Positions 34,742 through 42,518 of a stretch of DNA of 64,000 nt are shown here, piece by piece. Each line of letters begins with the position of its first letter. Within the stretch, counting starts at the first letter, position 1. This DNA comes from Nanobdellota archaeon. GTDB lineage: Archaea > Nanobdellota > Nanobdellia > Tiddalikarchaeales > Tiddalikarchaeaceae. The stretch lies in the NCBI GenBank assembly GCA_016931175.1, contig JAFGFH010000011.1:2854-66853 (forward strand), read 5' to 3'. Made by a program: the position numbers and the translations under genes. Under the pieces are notes generated by a model. It was given only the letters and a program-made list of their open reading frames with translations. It searched no databases and was not told the origin of the DNA.

Positions 34742-36888
34742 TACTTTAATTCAACCTTTGACTGGTTGAATGATCTTACTCCTAAGAAGACAAGAGCTCC
34801 TATGAGTGCAATCCCAAGGATTATTGCACCCAAGCTTCCTGCCTCGCTTAGTGTTATTAAACCAGTAAGTCCTAATCCAGGATAAGACAAGGTGAGGTTT
34901 CCTGTTGAAACCACTTCTTTGCCGCTCATTACGTTGTAAGTAATGTCCTGAGTCATCTTGTTCTCTGGTTTAGCGTAGAGGTAAAACACTCCCTCTTCGC
35001 CGTTCATTATTGTTAAATCTGAAGGGCTTACTTGAATTTCTCCGTTGAAAGCATCAACGGATACTGAGTAAGTCTTGGTTGCTCCTTCAAAGTTTTGAAC
35101 TGCAACTTCAAATACTGCTCCTTCATCTCCTGACAAGTCTTGCAGAGTCTGGTTTAAAACAATTGTTGTGTTCTCTTTCTCTTTCTCCAATACTGTTATT
35201 GTAAAGTCGTCAGTGTCGCACTCGTAAGTTGTTAATGAACAAACCTCTGCTTCAACATTGAAAGCTCCAACCTCTGCAGTGTTGCTTATTAGTATTGGAA
35301 CTGTTATGTCAGTGCTTTGTCCTGCTAATAAGTAAACTCTCTTATCAAGTGAGGCGTAATTGCTTTCAACAGTTACTTGGTAGTATTCTGCAGTGTTTCC
35401 GTCATTCCTTACTTTTATGACGTTCTCGTCAGTATCCCCTTGCTCTAAGTACTTGTATTCCGTCTTCCATCTAGTGAATGGTGTGAAAACGAATGGTTCT
35501 ATGTAGATGTTTGTTACGGTTCCTGCAATAACGTCATCCTCTTTCAATATGTTCAGTGAGAAAGGAACAACTTCTTCCTCTGGAGCATTGAAAGTTACGC
35601 TTACGCTTCTAATCTGGTTCTTAAGCAGGTTGTAAGTGTTTCCGTAATTAACAGGGTCTTCGTCTCCTAAAACGTACTGGACTCTTACTCTCTCTGAGAA
35701 GTCTCCAGTGTTTTTAACCTTGAAGCTTACTGTTACTTCATCACCTGGCCTAATATCTGTTGGTGTTATATCAAAATCAAGGATGCTTATTTGACTTAAT
35801 AAATCACGAGTTTCAACAGTTACGCTGCCGTTTAATGATTGAAGAACTTGAGCTCCGTATTTCAAGTTTAGTTCTAACTGCTTTACTGGCGCGTCGCCTT
35901 CAACACCAGTTAGTGTTATTGTTCCTGTTCTTTCAGTGTTTGGCTGCAATAGTGAGGAATCGAATGACACGCTGGTTTCAAGCTCTGAACTTGCTGTTAC
36001 TGCAAAAGATGCAGGATAATCTCCTGTATTAGTTACAGTAAAGCTGCAAATTCTTTCAGCGCCTTCTTTTGCCTTGCAATTATCGTAATTGAATGCCATA
36101 CTTCCAGAACTTTCAATACTTACTGGCTGCCCGATTAACCAGACTCTTGCGAATCCCTGAGGTAAGTCCTGAACTGTCTGGTTAGTTCCTGTTACTTTTA
36201 CAACTAATACGTTAGCCAAGTCTGAGAACTCTGCTGAAGTGAATGATACTAGTTTGCTGCTTGAATTAGTGTTAGTAACTGTCATCGTATCTGTTTGTTT
36301 TGAAGTTCCTTGCCCGTCCATTGTTGGCGTGTAAAAGTCAACAGTGTAGATTACGTCTTCAACAGTGTTTACTTTGCTTATAGTATAACCAACGTTTATG
36401 TTGCCTGCTGTGATGTAAGAGCTTGGCACTGTTAATGTGCTGTTCCTGTTCAAGCTTGAATCATAACTGAACATTGCAGAAGCTTCAACTTGTCCGTTTA
36501 TTAACGCTTCAACGTAATAATCCCCTGTTGTTAGTCCTGACAATGATTTGGTTGCTGTGAAAGCACCGTCTAGCAACAAATTATTTGGATTCTCGTAATC
36601 ACTTACATAATTAATGCTTGTGATTGGTGTTGACAAACCAGGTCCTGACATTGAATTATAGAACCTTAGTGTTAGACTGGTTTTTGGAAGTGTTCCTTCA
36701 CCAGTTGTATGGTCTATGAAACCATATACTGTTAATGTGTCTCCTGGACCGTAAGTGCCCATTAACACATTAAGGCTTGCATCATATATTGGTTCTGCAG
36801 CGAAAACTGCACCAATTATGGCAAGAATTACTAATATTGAAAATAGTTTTTTCATCCTTGTTTCACTCTCGTGTATTAACACTTTCAA
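34732..36888 (-). CDS. secreted surface (S-layer-candidate) protein with repeated beta-sandwich modules and C-terminal TM anchor
   Basis: Signal peptide 'LFSILVILAIIGAVFA'. Thr/Ser/Val-rich. 'VTNTGDYPASFAV', 'VKNTGDFSERVRV' and 'VRNDGNTAEYYQV' strands. C-terminal TM 'GAIILGIALIGALVFLGV'. Overlaps the next gene by 10 nt. Confidence 0.7.
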   Translation of the reverse strand: MKVLIHESETRMKKLFSILVILAIIGAVFAAEPIYDASLNVLMGTYGPGDTLTVYGFIDHTTGEGTLPKTSLTLRFYNSMSGPGLSTPITSINYVSDYENPNNLLLDGAFTATKSLSGLTTGDYYVEALINGQVEASAMFSYDSSLNRNSTLTVPSSYITAGNINVGYTISKVNTVEDVIYTVDFYTPTMDGQGTSKQTDTMTVTNTNSSSKLVSFTSAEFSDLANVLVVKVTGTNQTVQDLPQGFARVWLIGQPVSIESSGSMAFNYDNCKAKEGAERICSFTVTNTGDYPASFAVTASSELETSVSFDSSLLQPNTERTGTITLTGVEGDAPVKQLELNLKYGAQVLQSLNGSVTVETRDLLSQISILDFDITPTDIRPGDEVTVSFKVKNTGDFSERVRVQYVLGDEDPVNYGNTYNLLKNQIRSVSVTFNAPEEEVVPFSLNILKEDDVIAGTVTNIYIEPFVFTPFTRWKTEYKYLEQGDTDENVIKVRNDGNTAEYYQVTVESNYASLDKRVYLLAGQSTDITVPILISNTAEVGAFNVEAEVCSLTTYECDTDDFTITVLEKEKENTTIVLNQTLQDLSGDEGAVFEVAVQNFEGATKTYSVSVDAFNGEIQVSPSDLTIMNGEEGVFYLYAKPENKMTQDITYNVMSGKEVVSTGNLTLSYPGLGLTGLITLSEAGSLGAIILGIALIGALVFLGVRSFNQSKVELKYWK

Positions 36889-36930
36889 GACGAAATTCTC
36901 TTTAAAAATATTTCGATATATTGCTTTAAA

Positions 36931-37104
36931 TCAGATTATAGTATAGGTTTCAAAGAGAGAAACTCGGTTTCTTTCATCTATTAAACTCTTAACATAGTCT
37001 AAATAAAACCTTTCTATCATGTCAATAATCTTCTTTCCAGCTTCACTATCCGGACTGCAAAAACTTTCATACTTAGTTAGTGTATATTCTTCAACAACTG
37101 ACAT
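36931..37104 (-). CDS. small hypothetical ORF (57 aa; below the track cut-off)
   Basis: Hand translation: MSVVEEYTLTKYESFCSPDSEAGKKIIDMIERFYLDYVKSLIDERNRVSLFETYTII*. An A/T box (TTTTTAAAATAAT on the minus strand) lies ~25-30 nt upstream of the ATG. The 5' end is duplicated at 37766..37871. Confidence 0.4.
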   Translation of the reverse strand: MSVVEEYTLTKYESFCSPDSEAGKKIIDMIERFYLDYVKSLIDERNRVSLFETYTII

Positions 37105-37148
37105 AAGAATACAAGAATAGGAAGGATTATTTTAAAAAGGTTTTCATT
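37045..37148 (-). repeat. direct repeat copy 1 (promoter + 5' end of the small ORF)
   Basis: Aligns with 37766..37871 over ~105 nt with few mismatches. See the corresponding finding. Confidence 0.85.
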
Positions 37149-37216
37149 AAGAATTGGAAATGCTTGACAACTATATTAAAACAAACTCAATGAACACGTG
37201 GCAAAAGAAATACTAA

Positions 37217-37483
37217 TTAAAAATACTTGCCGCAGACCTTGCAACTTGCGTTAAGATTTTTATCAATTGATGTAGCTCCTAGGATAATTGCATCGCACCA
37301 TCCGCAATAATAAAAACTTCCTTCATCCATGTACATCTCAAAATAAAACTCTCCTGAAGCTCTCTTCTCGGCATAATTCTCGGGATAAACACGGAAGAAA
37401 TCCTTTTCCTTAATATAATCATCTAAAGACATAATAGTATACTTATCTAAAGGTATAGTTGTCCACTTATCGCCAAACATCAC
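37217..37483 (-). CDS. small hypothetical protein with C-terminal zinc-knuckle pair
   Basis: 88 aa, with 'CGWCDAI...CKVCGKYF'. 4-nt overlap with the upstream ORF. Confidence 0.5.
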   Translation of the reverse strand: MMFGDKWTTIPLDKYTIMSLDDYIKEKDFFRVYPENYAEKRASGEFYFEMYMDEGSFYYCGWCDAIILGATSIDKNLNASCKVCGKYF

Positions 37484-37686
37484 GCGCGGTGAAACACCCT
37501 CCCTGCGCTTATTATAGCATCAAGTTCCTCATTCGTAGCGTTGTTCTTCCAGCGCACAAGTGCAGCATCACGTGCCTCATTATAACTCTTCAATAGAGCA
37601 ACATGCTGCTTCCACTTCTTGTCAATCCTGCGGTCCAAGAAACCTTCTGATATTCTCCCTATGAATCGCTTTAACTTACTTCTCAT
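37480..37686 (-). CDS. small basic helical hypothetical protein
   Basis: 68 aa, Arg/Lys-rich. Locally higher G+C than the neighbouring sequence. Confidence 0.5.
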   Translation of the reverse strand: MRSKLKRFIGRISEGFLDRRIDKKWKQHVALLKSYNEARDAALVRWKNNATNEELDAIISAGRVFHRA

Positions 37687-37765
37687 AATAAAGCAATTTT
37701 ATAAAAAGATTAGGTTATAAAGTTTTCGTAATAGCCTGAATCTTATAAAAAAATATCCATGAATT

Positions 37766-37871
37766 ACTTTCCAGACTGCAAAAACTTTCATACTTAGTTA
37801 GTGTATATTCTTCAACGGTTGACATAAGAATACAAGAGTAGGAAGGATTATTTTAAAAAAAAGTTTTCATT
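37766..37871 (-). repeat. direct repeat copy 2 (promoter + truncated 5' end of the small ORF)
   Basis: The minus strand gives MSTVEEYTLTKYESFCSLESNSW..., a 36-codon remnant (37715..37825). The copy extends across the GNAT stop codon (37867..37869). Confidence 0.85.
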
Positions 37872-38337
37872 TTTTAATCTTTAATCTCTTATACATCATA
37901 ACATAGCTCACGTCGTAACCTTTCTTCTTGTAAAAACTTATTAACTTCTCAGGTTCGCTGCTTACCGCGTACAAGTATACTGAACCTATTTTGATTTTTC
38001 TTGCATAATCTTCTATTGCTTTGATTAACTTATTGCCTATCTTCTTGTTCCTGTAATCTTTCAGGACGTAAACGTAGTCAATGAATAAGTATTTCTGGCC
38101 CTTCTTTAAGGTGCTGTACTCCTGCTTCTTAGCCTTCTTTAATGTGAATAAAGAGTATCCTATTAATTTATCATCTTCTTGTGCGACGAATAATCTAGAA
38201 TGTTTAATGCAGTTCTTTAAATAATTCCTAGACTCGCCTCCAACGTTTGATTCCTTTTCCCAAACCTCATCTAATGACTTAACCGCGTCAATGTCTTCAA
38301 TTATTGCAGGCCTTATTATCATATAATATTCACGCAC
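37867..38337 (-). CDS. GNAT family N-acetyltransferase
   Basis: Acetyl-CoA motif A 'YRNKKIGNKLIKAIEDYA'. 156 aa. Lies 4 nt downstream of thrS. Confidence 0.8.
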   Translation of the reverse strand: MREYYMIIRPAIIEDIDAVKSLDEVWEKESNVGGESRNYLKNCIKHSRLFVAQEDDKLIGYSLFTLKKAKKQEYSTLKKGQKYLFIDYVYVLKDYRNKKIGNKLIKAIEDYARKIKIGSVYLYAVSSEPEKLISFYKKKGYDVSYVMMYKRLKIKK

Positions 38338-38341
38338 TTAA

Positions 38342-40078
38342 TTAAATTAAATGCTTCAAGTTTCTATTCTTTATCTCTTCCAACAATTTCTTGGTGAACT
38401 CTTCCTTCTTGACTCCAAACTTAGGCTTTTTGTCTCCTTTCACTCTGACTGCTAAGGTCTTATTCTCTTCTTCCTTGTCGCCTATTACTATAATGTAAGG
38501 CACTTTCATTATTTCAGCATCCCTTACCTTGTAATTAACCGTCTTGTTCGACAAGTCTGACTCTGCCCTGATTCCTGACTCTTTAAGCTCTTTCACTAAT
38601 TTCTCAACTGCCTTAACATTGGACTCTGAGAAGTTAATCACTTTAACCTGCACTGGTGACAACCAAGTTGGCAGGTTAGCATTAGTGTGCTCTAATAGTA
38701 TTCCTATGAATCTCTCAACGCTTCCGTAAACAACGTGGTGAAGCATTATCGGAGTCTGAGGCTTGTCAGATTCATCAACGTATTCTAATTCGAACCTGTT
38801 AGGAGTGTTAAAATCTAACTGCAGTGTTGAACACTGCCATTCCCTGCCTAAAGAGTCCTTGATTAACAAGTCCAGGCTTGGACCGTAAAACTTCGCCTCT
38901 CCAGGTTCAATCTTAAAATTCATGCCCAACTTGTTCAAAGCATTGCTTAATGTCTTAATCGCGTTATTCCATACTGCGTCGCTTCCCAAATACTTGTCTT
39001 TCTTCTCCTCGCTTCTAGTGCTGAGTGAGAACCTGAACTCTTTAAACCCGAACATTTGATACATTCCTACGAATAATTTAACTATCCTGGTTACCTCACT
39101 CTCTAACTGTTTCTCAGTGCAGAAAACGTGCGCGTCATCCTGCGTGAATTGTATAACCCTGAAAAGTCCTGCAAGTGTTCCTGACAATTCAAGCCTGTGA
39201 ACCTTGCCCAGTTCGGATACTCTCATAGGCAGTTCCTTATAAGAGTGCGGCCTGCTCCTATATATCAGCATGCCTCCAGGGCAGCTCATTGGTTTCACCG
39301 CGTAATCAGATTCTTCATACTTTGTTAAGAACATGTTCTCCTTGTATAATCTCCAGTGCCCGCTTATCTCCCATAATCTCTTGTCCATTATCTGCGGTGT
39401 TGAAACCTCAGAGTAATTCTCACTCCTGTGCAATTCCCTCCATAACTCTACTAATTCGTTGAATATGATTAAACCATTACTGTGCCAGAACACCATTCCC
39501 GGAGCTACTTCGTTAAAGCTGAACAAGTCCAACTGCTGGCCTAATAATCTGTGGTCGTTCTCTTTCAATTTCCTGGAATCTATTCTCATCTTGCTGATAT
39601 CCCTTAGCATGTTCTTGCGCTCTTCTTCTGTTAAGTCCTCGCCAACCGTTTTCTTCAAAGTCTCAGCAGTGAATTCCCTGCTAAACTCTGCGAGTGGGTG
39701 GCCTTTGCAGGATACTGTGAACTTCTTATACCAGCCGAACGGCGCGCGCTTGACAGAGTATTTCTTTTTAAGTGCAAGTTCTGCCTTTTCTAAAACTTCC
39801 TGAGCGATTCTAGGATTAGCTAAACTATTTGACAAGTGAGCGTAAGGGTACAAGACTACATTACTCGTCTTCAATTGTTTTATAATATTATCAACTTCGG
39901 ACACTAATTTGTCAACGACTTGTTCCGGATTCTTCTCATCGTTTTTTTCAACACTCATGAAGACTACCAAGCACTCCTTCATCTCCTCAGCTTCCTTCTT
40001 AACCTCAGGAGCAGTTTTCAACGCCTTCTTAGTAGGCTCAAACTTGATATAATCCGAGTGCAGTGTAAGTATTCTCAA
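38342..40078 (-). CDS. thrS: threonyl-tRNA synthetase (archaeal type, N-terminal editing domain); TTG start
   Basis: 'MRILTLHSDYIKFEP' archaeal editing-domain start. Class II motifs 'FRVIQFTQDDAHVFC' and 'VVYGSVERFIGILLE'. By hand, the start codon is TTG with an in-frame TGA three codons upstream. Confidence 0.9.
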   Translation of the reverse strand: MRILTLHSDYIKFEPTKKALKTAPEVKKEAEEMKECLVVFMSVEKNDEKNPEQVVDKLVSEVDNIIKQLKTSNVVLYPYAHLSNSLANPRIAQEVLEKAELALKKKYSVKRAPFGWYKKFTVSCKGHPLAEFSREFTAETLKKTVGEDLTEEERKNMLRDISKMRIDSRKLKENDHRLLGQQLDLFSFNEVAPGMVFWHSNGLIIFNELVELWRELHRSENYSEVSTPQIMDKRLWEISGHWRLYKENMFLTKYEESDYAVKPMSCPGGMLIYRSRPHSYKELPMRVSELGKVHRLELSGTLAGLFRVIQFTQDDAHVFCTEKQLESEVTRIVKLFVGMYQMFGFKEFRFSLSTRSEEKKDKYLGSDAVWNNAIKTLSNALNKLGMNFKIEPGEAKFYGPSLDLLIKDSLGREWQCSTLQLDFNTPNRFELEYVDESDKPQTPIMLHHVVYGSVERFIGILLEHTNANLPTWLSPVQVKVINFSESNVKAVEKLVKELKESGIRAESDLSNKTVNYKVRDAEIMKVPYIIVIGDKEEENKTLAVRVKGDKKPKFGVKKEEFTKKLLEEIKNRNLKHLI

Positions 40079-40188
40079 AACATTTCACCTTTAATAATTC
40101 TAGAATATGAAACAGTATTTAAAACTAACTCTTTACTGGCGTGTGGGGCGATCAACTCGTTTCATGAATAATATTCTTATAAATAATC

Positions 40189-40209
40189 TTAATAAAAAAC
40201 TTTCTAAAT
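40189..40209 (-). promoter_or_regulatory. 21-nt motif TTAATAAAAAACTTTCTAAAT (copy A)
   Basis: Identical to 41667..41687. The minus strand reads ATTTAGAAAGTTTTTTATTAA, which is TATA-like. Confidence 0.35.
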
Positions 40210-40968
40210 TCACTTGTTTTTAGCAGGGCTTCTAATCTTCCAATCATTGATGTCAAACCCTCCCATCTCCTTAATCACGTGATTGTATAATTTTTCCAAA
40301 GGAGTAATACTATTATAGTTTAAGGATTGAAGAACTATTTTTGAGAAGAGTTTGTCAGGGAAGGGTTTGAACCTGTATTTTTTCAAGCTTTTATCATTGC
40401 TGAAGTATTCGTAATATTTCTTTGGTTTAGGAATGTCAATTCTTAAGAAAGCAGAGTAGGTTCGTATTATCGCATTTAATCCGAGATAGTATTGCATCTT
40501 CAGATTCTTGGATGATTTGCCTGAACCTTTAATGTCATCTATAACGTCCCATAAAGCGTATTTGCTTAATTCAACCTTGAACTTTGGCATTTTTTCAAAC
40601 CTTGTCTTTAATAGTTTCGTGCATTTTTTCTTTAATTCTTTTAGTTTGCCTGTCTTGTCAAACAATATCTTGCCTGTTGCAAACATTGCAGCATTAACTC
40701 TTCTCTTATCTTTTTCATCCTCTTTTATGTAATCCTCGTGCCTCCAAGCCGGGTTTGCAAAGTACTCGATTAAATAACCTTTAACTAATTTGTTGCCCCG
40801 TTCTCTATACTTGACACTATCTTTTAATATTATTTGAACATCAATGTCAGATTGTTTTGTTGGTTTGCCTGTAACGTAGCTGCCAGTAATTAAAACACCT
40901 GTAACATCTTTTTTGAAGGGCAGGTTTTCTAGGAACTCATTAACTGCATTAATCCATTTTTCAACCAT
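40210..40968 (-). CDS. nucleotidyltransferase (Pol-beta superfamily, kanamycin nucleotidyltransferase-like architecture)
   Basis: 'GVLITGSYVTGKPTKQSDIDVQIIL' (GS...DxD) plus a helical C-terminal domain. 252 aa. Confidence 0.65.
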   Translation of the reverse strand: MVEKWINAVNEFLENLPFKKDVTGVLITGSYVTGKPTKQSDIDVQIILKDSVKYRERGNKLVKGYLIEYFANPAWRHEDYIKEDEKDKRRVNAAMFATGKILFDKTGKLKELKKKCTKLLKTRFEKMPKFKVELSKYALWDVIDDIKGSGKSSKNLKMQYYLGLNAIIRTYSAFLRIDIPKPKKYYEYFSNDKSLKKYRFKPFPDKLFSKIVLQSLNYNSITPLEKLYNHVIKEMGGFDINDWKIRSPAKNK

Positions 40969-40987
40969 ATAACATTATCTATTTTGA

Positions 40988-41008
40988 TTAGTAAAAAACC
41001 TTTCTAAT
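40988..41008 (-). promoter_or_regulatory. degenerate copy of the 21-nt motif (TTAGTAAAAAACCTTTCTAAT)
   Basis: One substitution plus a 1-nt insertion relative to copies A and C. It lies 20-40 nt upstream of the 40968 start and overlaps the stop of 41004..41642. Confidence 0.3.
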
Positions 41009-41642
41009 CCGTGTTAACGTAGCCTTGATTAAAAGCAGTATTTTGTTCTTGGTTCAAGAATTGAGAGAATGTATTAATATCAAAACTAATATTTTTAGGG
41101 TTTGATTCCCTGCAGTCCTCACCGTCTATGAATATTAATCCCACAATATTCTTAGGCATCAAGTCTCCGTGCGCTATTCCCAAGCCGTGAAGTTCTCTTA
41201 GATTAAATCCTATCTTGAAAAACGCGTCAGACTTAACCTCTCCTTTAAGCATCTCTTCTTCCAAGGAACAACCAGGTATTAATGATTCCTTAATGTAATA
41301 ACCGTTGGCAAACCTTCCAGTCTCTAAGAGTTCAGGTGTTAAGTTACTGCCTTCTCTTAAAAAGTGAACCTCGTTGTTAAATCGTTCATGAGCGGTTAAG
41401 TTATCCCTTGGAACTGGAATAATAACCTTAATAACCTCATTGGTTTTAATCATCACGTCGCTGTTGTAAACGCTTAACAAACTGGACAAGTGGAAGTCTT
41501 TGAAAAAATACCTGTCAATTACTACCTCTTTGCCTTTCCTGAGAATACCGTAAGCAGTCTCCCAGAAACCCTTATTAGGGTGGCAGAATGCCTGCCTGGC
41601 AAACCCAATTGCTTTTATCATCTTATGAAAGTAAGCCTTCAT
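41004..41642 (-). CDS. atypical protein-kinase-fold protein (Bud32/RIO/Kdo-kinase-like)
   Basis: Catalytic loop 'LHGLGIAHGDLMPKNIV' followed by 'IFIDGE'. 212 aa. Confidence 0.5.
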   Translation of the reverse strand: MKAYFHKMIKAIGFARQAFCHPNKGFWETAYGILRKGKEVVIDRYFFKDFHLSSLLSVYNSDVMIKTNEVIKVIIPVPRDNLTAHERFNNEVHFLREGSNLTPELLETGRFANGYYIKESLIPGCSLEEEMLKGEVKSDAFFKIGFNLRELHGLGIAHGDLMPKNIVGLIFIDGEDCRESNPKNISFDINTFSQFLNQEQNTAFNQGYVNTD

Positions 41643-41666
41643 TAGCTATTATTATTGAAGAAATTG

Positions 41667-41687
41667 TTAATAAAAAACTTTCTAAAT
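41667..41687 (-). promoter_or_regulatory. 21-nt motif TTAATAAAAAACTTTCTAAAT (copy C)
   Basis: Lies 25-45 nt upstream of the 41642 start (minus strand), in the divergent region shared with 41705..42328. Confidence 0.35.
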
Positions 41688-41704
41688 AGGAGATTTTAAG
41701 GAAA

Positions 41705-42328
41705 ATGTTAATGATAGAATTAAGTGATTGTTTAAACTGCGAGAATACTTGCTGTGAGAACATTACTGTTAACTTGAACGTTTTCGACCTCGCAAAGATA
41801 TTATACTCTTTAAGAGATTACGAGTTCAAGGATAAGGAAGTAAAAGGAACAGGATGGATTTATTCCAAGAATACTCCTTTAATCTTCATAGGCAAAAGAA
41901 ATAATTTTTACGGCGTTTACTTAATAAATTGCAGGTTTTACAAAGAAAAGAAGTGCCAGCTTCACAATCTAAAAATAAAAGAAGATTCACAATTAGCAGA
42001 TAATCTTAAAAAGTTGAGTATTAATCTTTGTGCTAAGCCAAGCGTTTGCAGGTATCACCCTTACTTTTACGATTATAGTTTGAAGAAAGTTAGAAGATTA
42101 GAGCCTTGCAATGATGTCAGCAAAGAAGCGCACAGAAGAGCTGTAATAGTTAAAGATTTTGAAAAGGAAGAAGAGTTAGAGAAAACGGCTTGGATTATTT
42201 ACAGTTTTAACAGGGAATTACTGCAATTGTTTAATGAAACAGGAGAGTTATTATTCCTTGAAATGGCGGAGTCCCTAATAAAAGACAAGCTAAAAGTTAA
42301 TGGGAATAATATTCAAATCTTCCAGTAA
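41705..42328 (+). CDS. YkgJ/UPF0153-like cysteine-cluster protein
   Basis: N-terminal 'CLNCENTCCEN' (CxxCxxxCC) and later Cys residues ('CRFYKEKKCQLH', 'CAKPSVCRYHP'). Confidence 0.5.
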   Translation: MLMIELSDCLNCENTCCENITVNLNVFDLAKILYSLRDYEFKDKEVKGTGWIYSKNTPLIFIGKRNNFYGVYLINCRFYKEKKCQLHNLKIKEDSQLADNLKKLSINLCAKPSVCRYHPYFYDYSLKKVRRLEPCNDVSKEAHRRAVIVKDFEKEEELEKTAWIIYSFNRELLQLFNETGELLFLEMAESLIKDKLKVNGNNIQIFQ

Positions 42329-42483
42329 TTGTTAACGATTATGCCAATCCCTATTACTATTAATAGTAAAGGCCACCAGCTTATACTAGTGCTCAACCAG
42401 CCCATGTCCTGAGCTAACCATAAGCTCCCTATTAGTATAAGAACTAAAGCTCCTATTGGCAGAACTCCTTTATTTTTATCCAT
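42313..42483 (-). CDS. small two-TM membrane protein (56 aa; below the track cut-off)
   Basis: Hand translation: MDKNKGVLPIGALVLILIGSLWLAQDMGWLSTSISWWPLLLIVIGIGIIVNNYWKI*. ATG start and two clear hydrophobic helices. Confidence 0.4.
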   Translation of the reverse strand: MDKNKGVLPIGALVLILIGSLWLAQDMGWLSTSISWWPLLLIVIGIGIIVNNYWKI

Positions 42484-42518
42484 AAACTAAAAACACGCAG
42501 CAGTTATTTATTAAGTTT

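Noticed and set aside
36755-36946. 63-aa plus-strand ORF
   Set aside because: It is antisense to the signal-peptide region of the 718-aa surface protein and to the 3' end of the hand-found 57-aa ORF. There is no promoter-like context.
37149-37765. Calling the repeat-flanked cassette a toxin-antitoxin system or a miniature transposon outright
   Set aside because: I recognise no toxin or antitoxin family motif (PIN, RelE, HEPN, MNT, RHH). There are no terminal inverted repeats and no transposase. Only the structural observation is reported.
40079-40209. T-box-like or tRNA-mimic riboswitch upstream of thrS
   Set aside because: I could identify no specifier or T-box sequence features, and such elements are not established in archaea. 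It is kept only as a low-interest structured-leader observation.
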